Below, one piece after another: positions 19,966-31,787 of a stretch of 64,000 nucleotides of DNA. The DNA lies in the NCBI GenBank assembly GCA_965112735.1, contig OZ218950.1, positions 3,162,001 to 3,226,000 on the forward strand, read 5' to 3'. A program made the translations under genes and the position numbers. Source of the stretch: Phaeosaccion multiseriatum. Lineage: Eukaryota > Protista > Ochrophyta, other classes. Each line of letters starts with the position of its first letter. Position 1 is the first letter of the stretch. Below the pieces are notes generated by a model that searched no databases, was not told where the DNA came from, and was given only the letters and a program-made list of their open reading frames with translations.

Positions 19966-20261
19966 ATGGGTGACATTGTAAAAAAGAAGCAAGAACCAGG
20001 AGGAAAGAGTGGCAGAGCTTTGGCTTTGTCCGCATGTATATATAACTCACTCTTTTTATTGTTATATATATATATACCAGCAAACACATTCTACCACATC
20101 TAACCCAATGAAAATAGCAGTTTCCCTCAGAACCAACTTGGTATGTTAAGCGCTCGGATGGGAAGTGGGGCGGGGAGGGTGGATCAAGAGGACCTGACCA
20201 AGCCCCAAAGAGGAGCCGCACTGCTGCTCAGCAATTGATTGAGCAACTGAGCTCACAACGC

Positions 20262-20296
<35 letters not shown>

Positions 20297-20311
20297 GACG
20301 TGACTTGGGAC

Positions 20312-23300
20312 TTATCGCGCACGTTCGTAAACTGTCTGCTTCTCGTGGCTGTGGTCCACTGTGAGCACGTTGAGCAGAGCATCAACAGGAGGACCTTCTG
20401 CTGCGGGTGGTGCGGCAGTTTCTGCGGCGGGCTTCTCCTCCTTTGCCGGTTCCTCAGCTGCTGCGGGTGCTTCCTTTGTTGCTGCGCGTGGGGGTGCCGT
20501 GGCTTGTGCCGCAGTCTTCTCCGTGTGCTGACCCTGCTTCGCCGGCTGCCGTCTGTTCACCTTCAGTGCGAGCTGGCCCTCGCCGTCTCCTCCAAGACCT
20601 GCGGCAATAATAGAACAGGCAGGCAAAGAAATAGAGCGAGGTGGAGCAGATAATACGCGCTCAGAGGAAGCTTGACATACATACAACCTGCACAACTCCA
20701 AATCACATCACTCACATTCATACATACACGATCATTCCTCTCTCAGCTCACGCGCTCCAACAGACTCACTCAACCTCTCTCTCACTTCATCTCACCCACT
20801 CACTCACCCACTCACTACTCACAGCCTATCATCCATCCACCGACCAAATTCACTCTGCACCTCACCTACGTAGGACTCCTTCACTCTAACGCCCTCGTGT
20901 TGACGTTGATAGTCAGGGCCTCTCATGTCCACGCGCAACCCCAAACCCGGGTTGTATCCCTCGTCTCCTCCTTCTGTTGCGGTTAATACCATCGAGGAGG
21001 GCGAGGGGGCGAACGACAAAGCAGACAGTTGTCGGGCTTTTAGAAAATGATGGAGAGGGTGACGCATGTGTCATCAGACTCATATACTGGTGTGGGTATT
21101 AGTCTCAGGGGTGTGACCCATATGCTGGTGTGGGTGTCAAGTCTCAGGGCTGTGACTCATATGCTGGTGTGGGTGTTAATTCTCTCATATACTGGTGTGG
21201 GTGTGAAGTATAAGGGGTGTGACTTGTGACTCATATGCTGGTGTGGGTGTTAAGTCTCAGGGCTGTGACTCATATGCAGGTGTGGGTGTCAAGTCTCAGG
21301 GATGTGACTCATATGCAGGTGTGGGTGTCAAGTCTCAGGTCTCAGGGGTGTGACCCATATGCTGGTGTGGGTGTCAAGTCTCAGGGGTGCGCTGGTCTGC
21401 TGGCAAACGAACACGACATGTTTCGCGCAAATACCTCCTCGACCCAAAAGGTCCCAAACACTCACCATACTTGTCAGAGGACAGAGCTACTCGACCCTCA
21501 TGTTGACGCTGATAGTCTGGGCCTCTCATGTCCACATCCAACGGGGTACCGGGCCCGACGAGCACCGGCTCTAGATCTGTTGTGTGGTAATTTCGTGGTT
21601 CCGGCAGACAGGGGGTGGGTAGGAAAGGACCAAGCAGACAATTTTCGGGTTAAGATGAGGAGGGGTGGTTTGTTGGAGGTTTCGACATCAGTCTTAAATT
21701 AAAGGTGCGGTTGCTATTCTCAATGTGCGGTGAGCTCCTACCCTATCGGGTGCAAAGACGAAAACTCAAATCTACCCCAACATACCAAAGCGAGGTCCAC
21801 ATGTCGCCCCCTGAGCACCACAAACAAGGCGGCTACTACTCTACTGTAACAGAAGAGCCTCCCTAAACCCAGGTACACATGTGTCACAGTTGGCGGACGG
21901 TGCGAGCTTCTCCAGATAAAACAAGACTCGACCCTCACTCGTCCATTGACTGTCCTACCACGCACCTGCCCGCACAGGGGACTCCTTGATCCTTCCTTGG
22001 TGCTGACCTTGGTATCCCGGACCCCTACGGTCACAAGGCAAAGCCATACCGGCCCCATCCTGGTAGTCTCCGACTGGATTGGCATTTGAACGGGGAGGAA
22101 CCGGCAGACAAAGCGCAGGAGGGCGAACAAGCATCGATGTCCTTAGAAGGGCGTTTTGGACGGAAGGTGCGTTTTGCTACTCTCAAGGTGCGCTGGCCTG
22201 GCCCACCTTCGTAGAGCACCAAAACGAAGACATGATAACAGCCGCGCGCCCAGAGAAGCCCATACTTCCAATTTCGCCCCGACTCAACCTGCTGCCCACT
22301 AACTAGTCTGTGCTCCACTGTCATCTGGAAGCGTGTGTTTTGACGTGCCTACAGAGTTTTACTGGTGCGGGTGCTAATCTCAAGGGTCTAATAGGGGTGC
22401 CTAAACTAAAACTTCCAACATTTGCCCCAAAAACCCAATCCAATGATCCCAATCCCCCCCCCCCCAAAGCGGCCGCTCACTCCTCTAGCAGACTTTTGCC
22501 CAACCCTTAAGTCCCTGCGTGTCCCATTGCAATTTGCCGCTGGACCCTACCTTTTATACTATATACGGGCAAACGACATCGACCCTTACTGCCACCAAGT
22601 GTTACTGACTGTCCTGACACACACACACAAAATGGCCCATCGTAATATCAACTTACCGTCCATCTGAGGGTAGTAGCGGATCGCGCCTTCGTGTTGACGA
22701 AGACTTGGGACTCCCCGCATGTCGACGGGAAGAGCCACACCGTCGCCCGGTCCCCACAGGGGGTCGACCTCTATTATACGGCACAAATCAGAGGGGGGTG
22801 TGGGCGGTGTGAGTCTCCCTAGATTGGTGACCCCGGCAAAGGTTAAACTTCAAACTCAAATGTTTGCCCCCGAGCCAATCTCCAAAACAGCTGCTGCTAC
22901 GCCACTTCTTTCACTTCTTTCCATACACACTCCCCGTACTCCCAAGCCACTTGTTTTCATAAACACTCGCTAAACGGAAGTGTAGAGTGTCCTAAGTTGG
23001 CGGACCCAACCTTTAGGTGGGCCGTCAAAGTGACTCTGAAGGCCAAGGACCTCACTCACCACCCCCCCCCCCCAAAAAGCCATCAACCACAATCTCAGTG
23101 TTTGCCACTCACCTCCTTCCACAAGCGCAGGGAACGGGATACGAACGTCGAACTTGCGCAGGTACATGGGCCCTCTCTGGTCCACAGGCAACGCCAAGCC
23201 TGGTCCCTCCGCATTCTCTCCATCTGTCGTGGTAATGGCAGATAACGGGGGAGGGAAACGATCAAAAGCGGGCAGATACGGACGGTGGTAAGATAAAAGA

Positions 23301-26300
23301 GCTTGCATGTCTCACACCCTCTACTAGCGTTCCGAGCTGGCGGACGGTGCCTAACTGTGGCGGACGCTGCTTGGGTGGGTGCTGACAGACTGACTCTCTC
23401 TACACCAATGCATGTCAAACCAAACGACCGCTACCCTCCTCACCCCACAAATCGATCTACTGTTGACACTCACAATGCTCCCAAGGGTAAAGCGCGATTC
23501 TGCCCTCATGTTGACGCATGTAATTGGGGCCTCTCTGGTCCACAGCCAAAGCAACGCCATCTCCAGGTCCCCATGCCCACTCTCCTTGATCTTTTGCAGT
23601 ACACATGAGTGGGGGGGTGGCCGACATGCCACACAATGGGGAGCAACAGGACCAAGCAGATAGGCATCGGGTTAAGGTCATCAAGCTCAGGTGTCTCACC
23701 CTCTCCTCCCCATTCACCCACCCACTCACTCACTCACTCAGGCGGGTGGGTAACGGTTACGGTCAATTTGGCGACCTCCACCCCCCAACTCGACTGAATG
23801 TCGACAGCCCACTCTAGCGCCTTCAAAAGAACGTATTTGGACGTGCGTACAGAGTCTACTGGTGCTGTCGTTTAGCCTCAATGGCGTTCTGGTGTATGAA
23901 GTAAGGCTTGAGTCCGATTCTTCGCTCTGTCCAACCCATTCATTACCCCTTACATAAACCCAGGTACTATGTTATGTGTGTGTTCGTTAGTGGGCGGTTC
24001 TGAGCTTCTCCTGATTGGGCAGGTGGTCATTTGACTATGTGGGTGGCAAAAATCGACTAATTGCTCTCTCGGCCCTCACTCAATCTCTCCCTGTCCCACA
24101 ACATTGTGCCCTGCGACTCACTCACCTTCGGTCTCAGGGTAAAAGGCGATTCTACCCTCATGCTGACGCTGATACATAGGGCCTCTCCTGTTCGGAGCAA
24201 GTGCCATGCCGGGCCCGTCCGGTCCATCTCCATCTGTTGCGGCAATGGGTCAGTAGGGGGGGAGCGGCAAGACAACGGGGAAGGGGGACAACCAAGCAGA
24301 CAGACATCGGGGTTTAGATAGGCAGAGCTTCGTTCCCACACTCTCTCTCTGCTCGCCAGTACGCCAGTACGATTGGTACTTGTGTCCTGAGGTGGGGGAA
24401 CGGTGCCATTTTTGCACATTCTCTCACTCACCTAATTCGAACTCGGGGTACACCTTGACGCGGCCCTGATGCTGACGCTGCACCACAGGGCCCTTCCTGT
24501 CAACGCGCACTCCAACGTACTCGGCAAGCGGGGCTTCTGCCTCTTTAAACTCAGCAGGAGCTGATGCCAGCTTGGTGGAATGCTTCCCACTCGCCCGCCG
24601 TCCACTGACCATATTGGCGATTCCGATGCGTGTGTGCCCAGTTGCATACGCGCTGTGCTGACGCTGGTACACATCCGGATGCCTCCTGTTGATCATCAGG
24701 GCCAAGTCAACGGGTGCATCACACACGCACGCACGGGCCTGCATGAGCCGCCGCCGAATGTTCTCGTGCACGCCCGGGCTGCTGGCCAGGATGGCTCGGG
24801 AGGCGAGGTTGAAGGGCTTCATGGACCTCAGATCGGTCACGTTTCCACCTGGGCGCAATTGGGGTCAAGAGAGACAAGACAGACAGACAGCGGAAAGGAC
24901 CGGACAGACAAGGCAAGAAAAACGAGAGAGAGCGTCAGGAAGGAGTAAGTGGGTACTCGTTGCAGGCAAGACACAGCAAGACACAGTCAAAGAGACTAAG
25001 GAGAGCCTCTTGGCGCCACTTGGCAGGTAAGCTCGTAAGCCCCCTTCTCCGCCCCTCTCCTCTCCTCCCACTCCCCTCGCCTTCCAATCTCTCACAACGC
25101 ACCTGCCTCCTCCACCAGCAATGCTCCCGCGGCGCTGTCCCATCTGATGGCAAAGGGGAGGAGAGAAAAGTGAGCAAAGTATAGATATTCACCAGGTTGC
25201 CAAGTCCATTCGAATCATGTCCCCTTCCCCTCCCCCCCCCCCCCCCCACGCGCCAAGTCAGACTTACGAGTTAAGGTCGGGCTCGAAGTAGGCGGAGAGC
25301 CGTCCGCACGCCACCTGTATATGAGAAAAAGAAACAAAAAAAAGAGATGTGTGAGTAAGCGAGCGCCAAGCTTGGGCACTGCTCTTCGCCGGCCAGGCAC
25401 GGGGCTGTGAGCCTGGCATCCCTCCATGCCCGCCTCCTTCCTTCCCTCTCCCGCCTGCATGGTCCATTCTCCCCTCTGCTCTGCTCAACTAGTTCTCGCT
25501 CGTCCCCTCTGATTGGGCTCAGAAAAGCGGGAGAAAGTCACGCACGCACGCACTCGTTCACTCACCCATGTGTACATGATGGTCGCGGAGCCCAAGAGGC
25601 GCATCGTTCGGACGTGCTGGGCGAGAGCTTCAATACCACGCAATGCAGGCTTCACGGCCAGCTGGTTCGGTGGGGATCCGCCCGCCACGACCTTGACAAG
25701 GTTGGGTAGCACGAAGATAGAGGTAAGGGGTAAGGGAGATGAGAGAGAGAGAGAGAGATCTCCGGACGGCACACAACGATCATCGCTCGGCAGCACAGCA
25801 GGTTCACAGAGGGTTCCGCGTCCGTGTGCAGGAAAAGACAGACAGAGAGAGAGAGGGAGAGCTTACCGCATCGCTGAGATCGGTAACGCTGTCCACGGAA
25901 ATGGCGTTTCCGTTGAGGAATGCCCCCCCCCCCTTCTTGGCAGAGAACAGCTCGTCACGGAACGGGTCATACACCACGCCCACGGTATGCTTCCCCTTGT
26001 GAGCCACACCGATGGAGACGCCACACAGGGGAATACTGTGCACAAAGTTTGTCGTACCATCTGCGCCAATTGGGGCAAGACGCAAACGGCAGGTTAGTGC
26101 ATGCATGTACTATCAAACCGCAAGCGTTTGACTTACCAATCGGGTCGAGGATCCAGAGCCATTCATCGTTGATCTTGCCCTGGAGAGCCTTAGAGGAAGC
26201 TTCCATACCGGGCTCGACGCTCTCCTCCCCCAAGATGGAATGGGAGGGGAAGGCCTCTGATATTTTCTTCTCAATAACCTCCTGGCACAGCCCGTCCGCC

Positions 26301-26593
26301 TGGGTAAGCAAGTCCTTCGTGTTGAACTTTGTCTCCACAACGTCCCCCCCGAGCTCTTTACGGAGGACCTCTCCAGCAGCTTTTGCTGCCGCCGTTGCCA
26401 CCTTCAACACCTTGTCGACCTCAGCCGCGTCCGGCCCCTCCATTGAACTCGCGCCGCTCATTCTACTCTTAACGTTGCGGTTAGAGAATGGCGTTGCTGC
26501 CGCGCGGGGGCCTTGCAACACGAACGCAGAGCCAGAGCCCACGCACCCGCTCAGGATCATGAGAAGAACGGCGGTCCTCGACGCCATGGCCAT
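20312..26593 (-). CDS. Plastid-targeted inositol monophosphatase (IMPase/SuhB/IMPL1-like) fused to a C-terminal array of ~10 novel ~37-aa repeats. 14 exons: 26593-26137, 26060-25867, 25691-25566, 25314-25268, 25143-25103, 24848-24432, 24233-24126, 23590-23474, 23223-23113, 22770-22657, 22073-21966, 21576-21466, 20973-20866, 20598-20312
   Basis: IMPase motifs DLLTQAD, ILGEE, WILDPIDGTTNFVH, GVVYDPFRDELF, RLLGSA, WVACGRLSAYFE..LNSWDSAAGALLVEEAGGNVTD. The signal peptide ends GSA|FV (ASAFAP-like) and is followed by an S/R/A-rich transit peptide. Exon 6 continues without a stop into the repeat units. The catalytic part is high confidence; inclusion of all repeat exons is inferred from splice sites and phase. 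Confidence 0.85.
21078..21390. repeat. Minisatellite, ~8 copies of a ~39-bp unit (actcatatgctggtgtgggtgtcaagtctcaggg(g/c)tgtg), intronic
   Basis: Head-to-tail copies without spacers, between repeat exons 21466-21576 and 20866-20973. Confidence 0.93.
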
Positions 26594-27208
26594 CTCTTTA
26601 TTGGATAATTATACCAATTCGATCCTTTGTATGACGAATGCGCCCCTCTCGAAGGTCAAACTGAAAACTATTTTTTTGGGCAAACGGGAAAGATTACGTA
26701 ACACCCTTACATAAACGTTTGCGTTGCCAAAATTCGTCTCGGCTTACATTGGGGACAGGGGCGAGCGCCACGCCACACACACGACACCATTGCACGCGTT
26801 TCAGCCTGCGCAAACGTACTGCGAGATTCCTTGCGAAGTGGAAGGTCTGGGGAGAAAGTGGTGGGGAGGGGGGTGGGGGGTAAGAGAGAGGGGGAGAGTT
26901 GTCACGACGCCTTGCAAGGCCATCCCTCAGTAGGAGAAGAGTGCAGCAGAGAGTGGTAAGTTGTTAGAGGATAGGGTTGGTTCTTCCTCGAAACTTCCCT
27001 CCCTCGTCTCTTCATCGTTTTCCAACACTCTGGGGGGAAAACCTTCCTTTCTCACCCCCATCCCACAGCACTGGGGACTGTATGGGTCAGCACCTGGTCT
27101 TCTCATCTCACTCCCCTCGCCCCCCTCCGTCCTCCTCCCGTATTCGACAGACTTGGAAACCGCAAACACCCAAATTGGCTGAAACCACGTAAGCGTGGTG
27201 CAGAGGGG

Positions 27209-30200
27209 ATGAAGCGCCAGAGACCCCAACGCAGCAGCAGCGGTAGCGGGAGCAATGCCAAGCAGCACGCAGCTAAAAAGGCCCGAGGACAGAGGGCTCC
27301 CGTGGACGTAAGGAGAAGAGGCAGCTCTGGCGCCAAAGCAGCTGCTGTGCCTTCCATAAAGGTGACTGAGGATGGGGGTGTTGATGACAGTAGTGCCGCA
27401 AACGGCGTGAGTAAGGACGTGGACTTTGGGGCTTGGCTCGAAGCCAAAACCAGCGAACCGGAGCAGGGTTTCAGCACCACAAACGGAGGTGAATCCGGGG
27501 CCGGGGGAGTGCCCCTGCCCACTTCTGCATCTGTCCATGGGATACCAAACGGGAACAGCGTGGCCTCCTTGCCTGGTGGGGGGACAGGGTTGCCTTCGAG
27601 CTTGCTCGGGGTGACGGGAGGTAATGCCAGCGCCGGCAGTGCGAGCGAGGAGGAGACTTCTCCGCTGGCCAACCTATTTGCGTTGGGGGGGGGGGGAACA
27701 GGAGGAGGGGGTGGAACATCAGGTACAGGGGCCCTACCCACCTCAACGCTGAGGCGCAAGCCATTGGGGACCCTAGCGTGGGGCATGGGGATCGTTCCAC
27801 ACGCCAGCGAAGCCCTGCTGGTCAAGGGGAAGGCGCAATCATCGGGAGACGAGGCAGGAGAGGCAGAAAAGGGGACTGCAGAGGGAGAGGGGGAGGGGGG
27901 GGGGGACCTGAAGAGAGGCAAAGACGGGGCGAGAAATGCTGCAAATCGGCGGTCTAGTGGTGGAAAGGACTCGTCTTCCGCCAAAGGAAAGGACAGCCGC
28001 AACACCAGCACCAGCAACGCCAGCGGTAGGCACCCCGAAAAGGGAGGAAAGGGGGCGAAGCATGAGGCCGGGAGGAGGAGCAGCAGCAGCGGTAGTAGTA
28101 GCAGCAGCAGCAGGAAGAGAAATCGTCAGCAAAGAGGCAAGGATGAGAGGAGGAGTAGCAGCATGGACGGGGAGAAGGACAAGAAAGTGGTGGAGAGGAG
28201 AAAAAGCCAAAGCACGCGTGACCCCCGCGACAGGTCAGCCAACAAGAGCAGCGGCAGCGGCAGCGGCAGCGGCAGCGGTCGCGACAAGAAGGCCGCGGTA
28301 GGAAATGGCGAGAAAAGCGTCAACCCCGATACGCCCTCCAAGCGGCAGAGCGCAGGGAAGGGTAGGGACGAGGACAGGAGCAGGGGCAGGCGCCGAGATA
28401 GCATCAGTAGGAGCGCCAGCCCGCCCCCGACGAGGCGCGGAGCAGGGGGCAGAGAAAGGTGCGCGAGCATGTACACACACACACACACGTGCATACACCA
28501 CACCTCTTACCTCTTCACCAAATCATGGGGTTTTGTCTTTCCAAGGGGAGCGATTCATCTTACGCGTCTGAACACCCCCTGTCTACGCCCCCCTGCCTAC
28601 GCCGGTCCCTTGTCTCTCTTTCTTCGTGCAGGAACAGCCGCAGCCGGAGTGAGGACCGGCCCAGGGGGAGGGCGAGCAGCAGGGGGAGGAGTCGGGGGGG
28701 AGGGGACAGCAGGAGTAGGAGCGACAGTAGAGGTCGACGGAAGGTGAGTGGGCAGGCGGTGAATGGATATGGCTGGCCGATACAGGCAATCCCCCTTCTC
28801 ACTTGGAATACAAAGGCATTTTTTGTTTAAAGTCTCCTCTTCCTTCTGGCCACGCAATCGGTTCTATTATTACAACAAACTCACTCGATTCCTCTGCTCG
28901 TTGCTCTATTGCATGGGAGTAGGTTGGCGACGGTAAGACTGGCAATGCCGGCCGGGGGGCTGGTAGGGGGTCGACTGCTGGCCGCAATGGCTCACGACGA
29001 AGAAGCGACGATAGCAGTAAAGAGGATGGCAAGGCTCGCGGGGGCGGGCAGGACAAGAGGAGAGGTAGTAGTGACGTCCGTCGGGGAAGGAGCGACAGTG
29101 TAAGTAAGGAAGACTCGGCACAGAGACGAAGAAGTGTAAGCAGGAGTCGAAGCAGGGGAGGGGGCAGGAGTAGGAGTAGGAGCCAAGGAAGGGGGTCTGG
29201 GAAGAAAGGCGGCAAAAGCGCCAGCCCAAGCAGGAGAGGGGGCTCGGAAAAGGGTGGAGCTAGAGAAGCAAGGGGCAACGGAAGGGGGCGGGGTGTATCT
29301 GCCGACAGACGGCGACGCGCGAGTCGGAGCAGGAGCAGGGGTAGGAGTCAGAGTAGGAGCAAAAGCAGGCGCGGCAACAGCAACAGGGCGGGGAGAGGGA
29401 GAGGGAGCGGCGTGGTGAATAGTCGCTCTCGAGCAGGAACAGGGAGGGGTGGCGGGAGCAGAAGTAAGAGCCGCAGCAGAGGACGAAGGAGCACAAGCCG
29501 AAGCAAGAGTAAGGAGGACCGGCTCCAGTGGAAGGGTGGAAATGCAGGCACCCGCGGGGGCAGCAGCAAGAGGCGCAGCAGCAGGAGCTGCAGCAATGAA
29601 AAGCGAAACACCTCCTCAAAGTCAAAGTCTGGTGGTGGGCAACAGCGTGGGAGAAGGAGTGCGAGCCCGAGCAGAACGACGGGCAAGAAAGAGGACAGCA
29701 GGAAGGGGAATATGAGGGGGGGGGGCAGCAAGGCCGCCGCAAGCAGGGACAGTAGGAGTCCAAGCAGGGGAAGGGCAGCAAGTCGGAGCAGAAGTCGGAG
29801 CTTGGGGGGGAGGGGCGCCCAGAGAGCAAAGGAGCGAAGCAGCAGGAGCAGGAGTAGGAGCAGAGGGGGAAGAGGAAAGGCGCCTCTCACCGGTAGCCGG
29901 GCGAGAGCACCGAACAGGGACAGCAGAAGTCGCAGTCGGAGCAGAAGTAGGCAGCAGCCTTCCAAGTGGAAGGGGGGCAATGCGGGTGCAGCAGGGCGAG
30001 GTAGCAGTCGGAGCCGGAGCAGGAGCAACGGACGGGAAGGCGGGGGAAGGCGAAGGGAGAGGGAGACCTCACGTCCTGCTGCTTCTGCCGCTGCGGATAG
30101 ACGGAAGGGAGTAAGCAGGAGCCGTTCACGCAGTCGAAGCCGGGACCGGAAAGGCAGGGGAAATTCCGCTGCTGCTAGTCGGAGGCGAACTCGAAACAGC

Positions 30201-31787
30201 AGGAGTAGAAGCAGGAGTATCGGGAGTAGGAGTGGTGGAAGGGGGAGAGCAACAGCAGCGGGTGGGGCGTCTGGTGGTGGTGGCAGGGACCGGAAAAGGA
30301 ATCGGAGCAGGAGCAGGAGCAGGAGCAGGAGTCGCAGCGCAAGCAGGGGCCGAAGACAAGGAGGAGGAAGGGGAGCAAGAGGAGGAGGGAGAGGGCGGGA
30401 GGGAGGTGCAGAGGCCTTCGGGAGAGGCAAGCAGCAGCAGGGTAGTAGCAGCAGCACCACGGCAGGGAAGGGCGGCAATGTGGTGGGTATGCGTCTCATG
30501 GTGACGGAAGTGGACAGGGAGAAGAGCAAGAAGATCCTCCAGAGCAATGTGGAGAGGGTGTTCACCAGGCACGGCTGCGTCGAGCATGTGGACGTGAGCG
30601 CGGAGCTCGGGTCGGTTTGCTTCGTGCGGATGAGGACCAGGGAAGACGGAGAGAAGGTGAGGGTGACTTTTTTGTGGAAAGAAGAAGGAGGGGGGGGGAA
30701 GAGAAAGGGGGGTTCTCTTCTCGCTGGTGGGCAAGTCTGTCTGTCTCTTTCTCATCCTCGGCCTACACCCTCCTCCCTCCCTTTCTTCCTCTTTCAGGCC
30801 ATCCGAATGATGGACAATCGCTTTCAGAAGCTGCTGTGTGCTGGAGACAGCAATAGCACGGACTCTGTGCCGAACCTTCGTGTTTCCGAGGTGAGATACT
30901 CGGCCTACAAGAAGGCAATGGAGAAGGCCGACCTCACCCCTGAGGCCCACTTGGAGAACCCTGACCGGCCCGACGAGGAGGGCAACAGTAGCAGCAACAG
31001 CGGCGGTGAAGGCAGCAAAGAGGAGCAGCTGGCGGTGGCTGCCGGTGCTGTTGCAGAGACTGGGGCTGAAGAGGGAGGATCGGGAGATGGGGGCAGGGAG
31101 GAAGGCAACGGGTGTGCAGAGGAAAGCCGCGAAGAGGGGAGGGAGACCAAAAAGAAGAAGAGGGGGGGGCGCAAGAGCAGTAGCGACGTGGGCAATGGTG
31201 CCAAGGAGGCAGACGGCGGTGTGAGCGAGCAAGGGGTGGAGGAGGGCAGCAACAGCAGCAGCAGCAGCGGCGGCGGCAGCAACGGCAGAAACGGCAACGG
31301 CGGTGGCAAGAAGCGGTCATGGACAGAGGCTATTGAGGGAACCACGCGAAGGCAGAGAGAGGCGGGCCTGATGGACGGGATACGACTCCGCGTGGGGGGG
31401 CTTGACTCGGCCAAGGAGGGCATTGAGGCGGAGCTGAGCAAGACCTTTGGAGCGTACGGCGAGGTGCTGCACATTGACTATCTTCCCGATCGCAGCATGG
31501 CGTTTGTGCGTTTGGACAAGCGGGCCGGTGGGGATCGGGCCACCAAGGAGCTGCAGGGGCATTGCACGTCTGCGCTGTGTGCGCGCACCAAGGGCTTATC
31601 GGTACGAGAGACGAGCTTCGAGGAGTATCTGGAGCGGATGGACAAGTGGGCCGGGGGAGGAGGGGGGGCTGCGGGTACGGAGGGACTGCATCAACCGGAG
31701 GAGCTGTTTGTGGATGACGAGAGTCGAAGGATGGGCCCGGAGGAGGGCAAGAGGGCGTACCAGCATTCAACTTCTCGAGCGGATTGA
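27209..31787 (+). CDS. Large RS/RG-rich RNA-binding protein with two C-terminal RRM domains. Exons 27209-28458, 28632-28743, 28923-30656, 30798-31787
   Basis: Extensive RSRSRS tracts. RRM1: RLMVTEVD...VERVFTRHGCVEHVDV...CFVRM...EK|AIRMMD. RRM2: RLRVGGLD...ELSKTFGAYGEVLHIDY...AFVRL...ATKELQG. Splice phases are consistent. Confidence 0.8.

Noticed and set aside
21078-21390. CRISPR-like array of ~39-bp repeats
   Set aside because: The units are contiguous with no unique spacers, there are no cas genes, and the context is a eukaryotic intron. It is a minisatellite.
21786-21843. Candidate additional exon in the repeat array (AG...GTATG boundaries)
   Set aside because: No frame resembles the repeat consensus, and the length does not fit the 108-117 nt phase-1 pattern.
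24686-24734. Possible short intron (GTGCGT...CAACAG) that would uncouple the IMPase from the repeats
   Set aside because: It would be only ~49 nt and not a multiple of three. Its sequence encodes DLALMINRR, which aligns with the repeat consensus, so it is best read as coding.
29348-30565. Long antisense ORFs opposite real genes (also 10281-11405, 50942-51934 and others)
   Set aside because: Shadow ORFs caused by GC-rich, low-complexity coding sequence on the other strand; they have no recognisable motifs.
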